Shown in pieces: positions 60,231-64,000 of a stretch of 64,000 nt of DNA. Position 1 is the stretch's first letter. Every line of letters starts with the position of its first letter. The stretch covers positions 2,400,001 to 2,464,000 of the forward strand of contig OY970218.1 of NCBI GenBank assembly GCA_963713975.1, written 5' to 3'. Made by a program: the position numbers and the translations under genes. The notes beneath the pieces are model-generated. The model was not told the DNA's origin and ran no database searches. It saw only the letters and a program-made list of their open reading frames with translations. This DNA comes from an uncultured Chloroflexia bacterium (GTDB taxonomy: Bacteria > Chloroflexota > Limnocylindria > Limnocylindrales > CSP1-4).

Positions 60231-60659
60231 GGCTTGCCGCGGTGGCGCCTGCCGGGCTGGGTGACCGGCCGGGAGCCGCTTGCGCCGTGGCCGCCGGGAG
60301 GACCATCTGGCGATCGTGCTCGCTGTTCGGTCCGCCGATAGCGGACAGCACGCGGTTCGGTGGCCGCCTGGTGGTGGTCCAGGTCGCGATCTGGCCACCC
60401 GGCGGACCAACCGAAGATCGCGTTCGCTGAATGGTCCGCCACGCGGACGGGTCGATGGCGTCGAGTCCGCTCCAGGGCCGTGGGCAAGTCGGCACGGGCC
60501 GGCACCCGCGGCATCAGCCGCGCCGGCGCCCGCCGCGTGCCTCCGGCGCGCCGCGCGTGCCTCCGGCGCGCCGCCGCGTGCACCGCGTGCACTCGGCATC
60601 GGGGCTACCCTGTACGCCGCCCACCAGCCGCAAGGTCGCCGTCCCGCCACGGAGCCCCG

Positions 60660-63338
<2,679 letters not shown>

Positions 63339-63372
63339 CGGCAACCCGACGGGACAACGCACGACGTCCGGG

Positions 63373-64000
63373 ATGGAGACAGACGGAAGGCGGCCGATGC
63401 GACGCCGGCTCGCATGGCTGGAGGTCCTGGCCGTCACGCTGCGGCTCGGCCTCACGTCGTTCGGCGGGCCCGTGGCCCATGTCGGCTACCAGCGGGCGAC
63501 GTTCGTCGTCCGACTGGGATGGCTCGACGAACGGGCCTTCGCGGAGCTGATCGCGCTGTGTCAGGCGCTGCCCGGGCCGGCGTCGAGCCAGCTCACCCTC
63601 GCCGTCGGGCGGCTGCGGGCCGGTTGGCCGGGAGCCGCCGCGGCCTGGCTGGGCTTCACGCTGCCGAGCGCCGTGCTGATGACCCTGCTCGGCCTCGTGG
63701 TGGTTGGCGCGACGATCCCGGAAGCCGGGCCCGTGGCCGGCGCGATCGCGGGACTCAAGGCAGCGGCGGTCGCCGTCGTGGCCCAGGCGGTCCTGGCGAT
63801 GGGCCGGCGGTTGACGCCGGACGCCCCGCGGATCGCGCTCGCAGTCGCCGCGGGGGTCGTGGCGCTGGCCTTCCCGTCACCGGCGACCCAGCCTCTGCTG
63901 ATCGTCGCCGGTGGACTGGCCGGCTGGGCCGGAGTGCGGCGGGTCACGGTGCCCGCCGGAGGGTTCACGGCCGACGGCGGCCCCCCGGCCGACCCGTCCA
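63373..64000 (+). CDS. chrA: Chromate efflux transporter (partial, runs off the window)
   Basis: Read directly from the sequence: LRLGLTSFGGPVAHVGY...WLDE..FAELIALCQALPGPASSQ. Confidence 0.9.
   Translation, partial: METDGRRPMRRRLAWLEVLAVTLRLGLTSFGGPVAHVGYQRATFVVRLGWLDERAFAELIALCQALPGPASSQLTLAVGRLRAGWPGAAAAWLGFTLPSAVLMTLLGLVVVGATIPEAGPVAGAIAGLKAAAVAVVAQAVLAMGRRLTPDAPRIALAVAAGVVALAFPSPATQPLLIVAGGLAGWAGVRRVTVPAGGFTADGGPPADPS

Noticed and set aside
60530-60592. Tandem CGCGTGCCTCCGGCGCGCCG repeats before aceE
   Set aside because: Two short GC-rich copies consistent with slippage; no array structure.

Overview
A very GC-rich (~70%) stretch of bacterial core chromosome. The gene content (F420 biosynthesis, Fgd and LLM oxidoreductases, actinobacterial-style PHO and ARG boxes, many leaderless genes) suggests a Chloroflexota- or Actinomycetota-like organism; this is inference only. 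In order, the window holds: a decaying L-arabinose locus (intact araB; araD reduced to a stub; araA truncated and frameshifted; the sugar ABC operon apparently deleted); a phosphate/polyphosphate cluster (sixA, phoU, pstBACS, ppx, CYTH-CHAD, ppk1); an ABC-2 exporter; a LigD-like protein lacking its catalytic lysine; three peptidases; pfkB-fgd; galK-galT-argH-add; argCJBRG; trxB; an F420 cluster (cofC, cofD, cofE, two LLMs, PPOX) interrupted by a TetR/SDR pair and vapBC; mtnP; a 5'-3' exonuclease; pncA; an HTH plus PD-(D/E)XK-like gene; aceE; and a partial chrA. I found no rRNA, tRNA, CRISPR array or transposase. The most notable observations are the inactive LigD-like protein, the basic-then-acidic repeat extension on Ppx, the arabinose deletion scars, window-wide leaderless promoters, and several structured intergenic elements.
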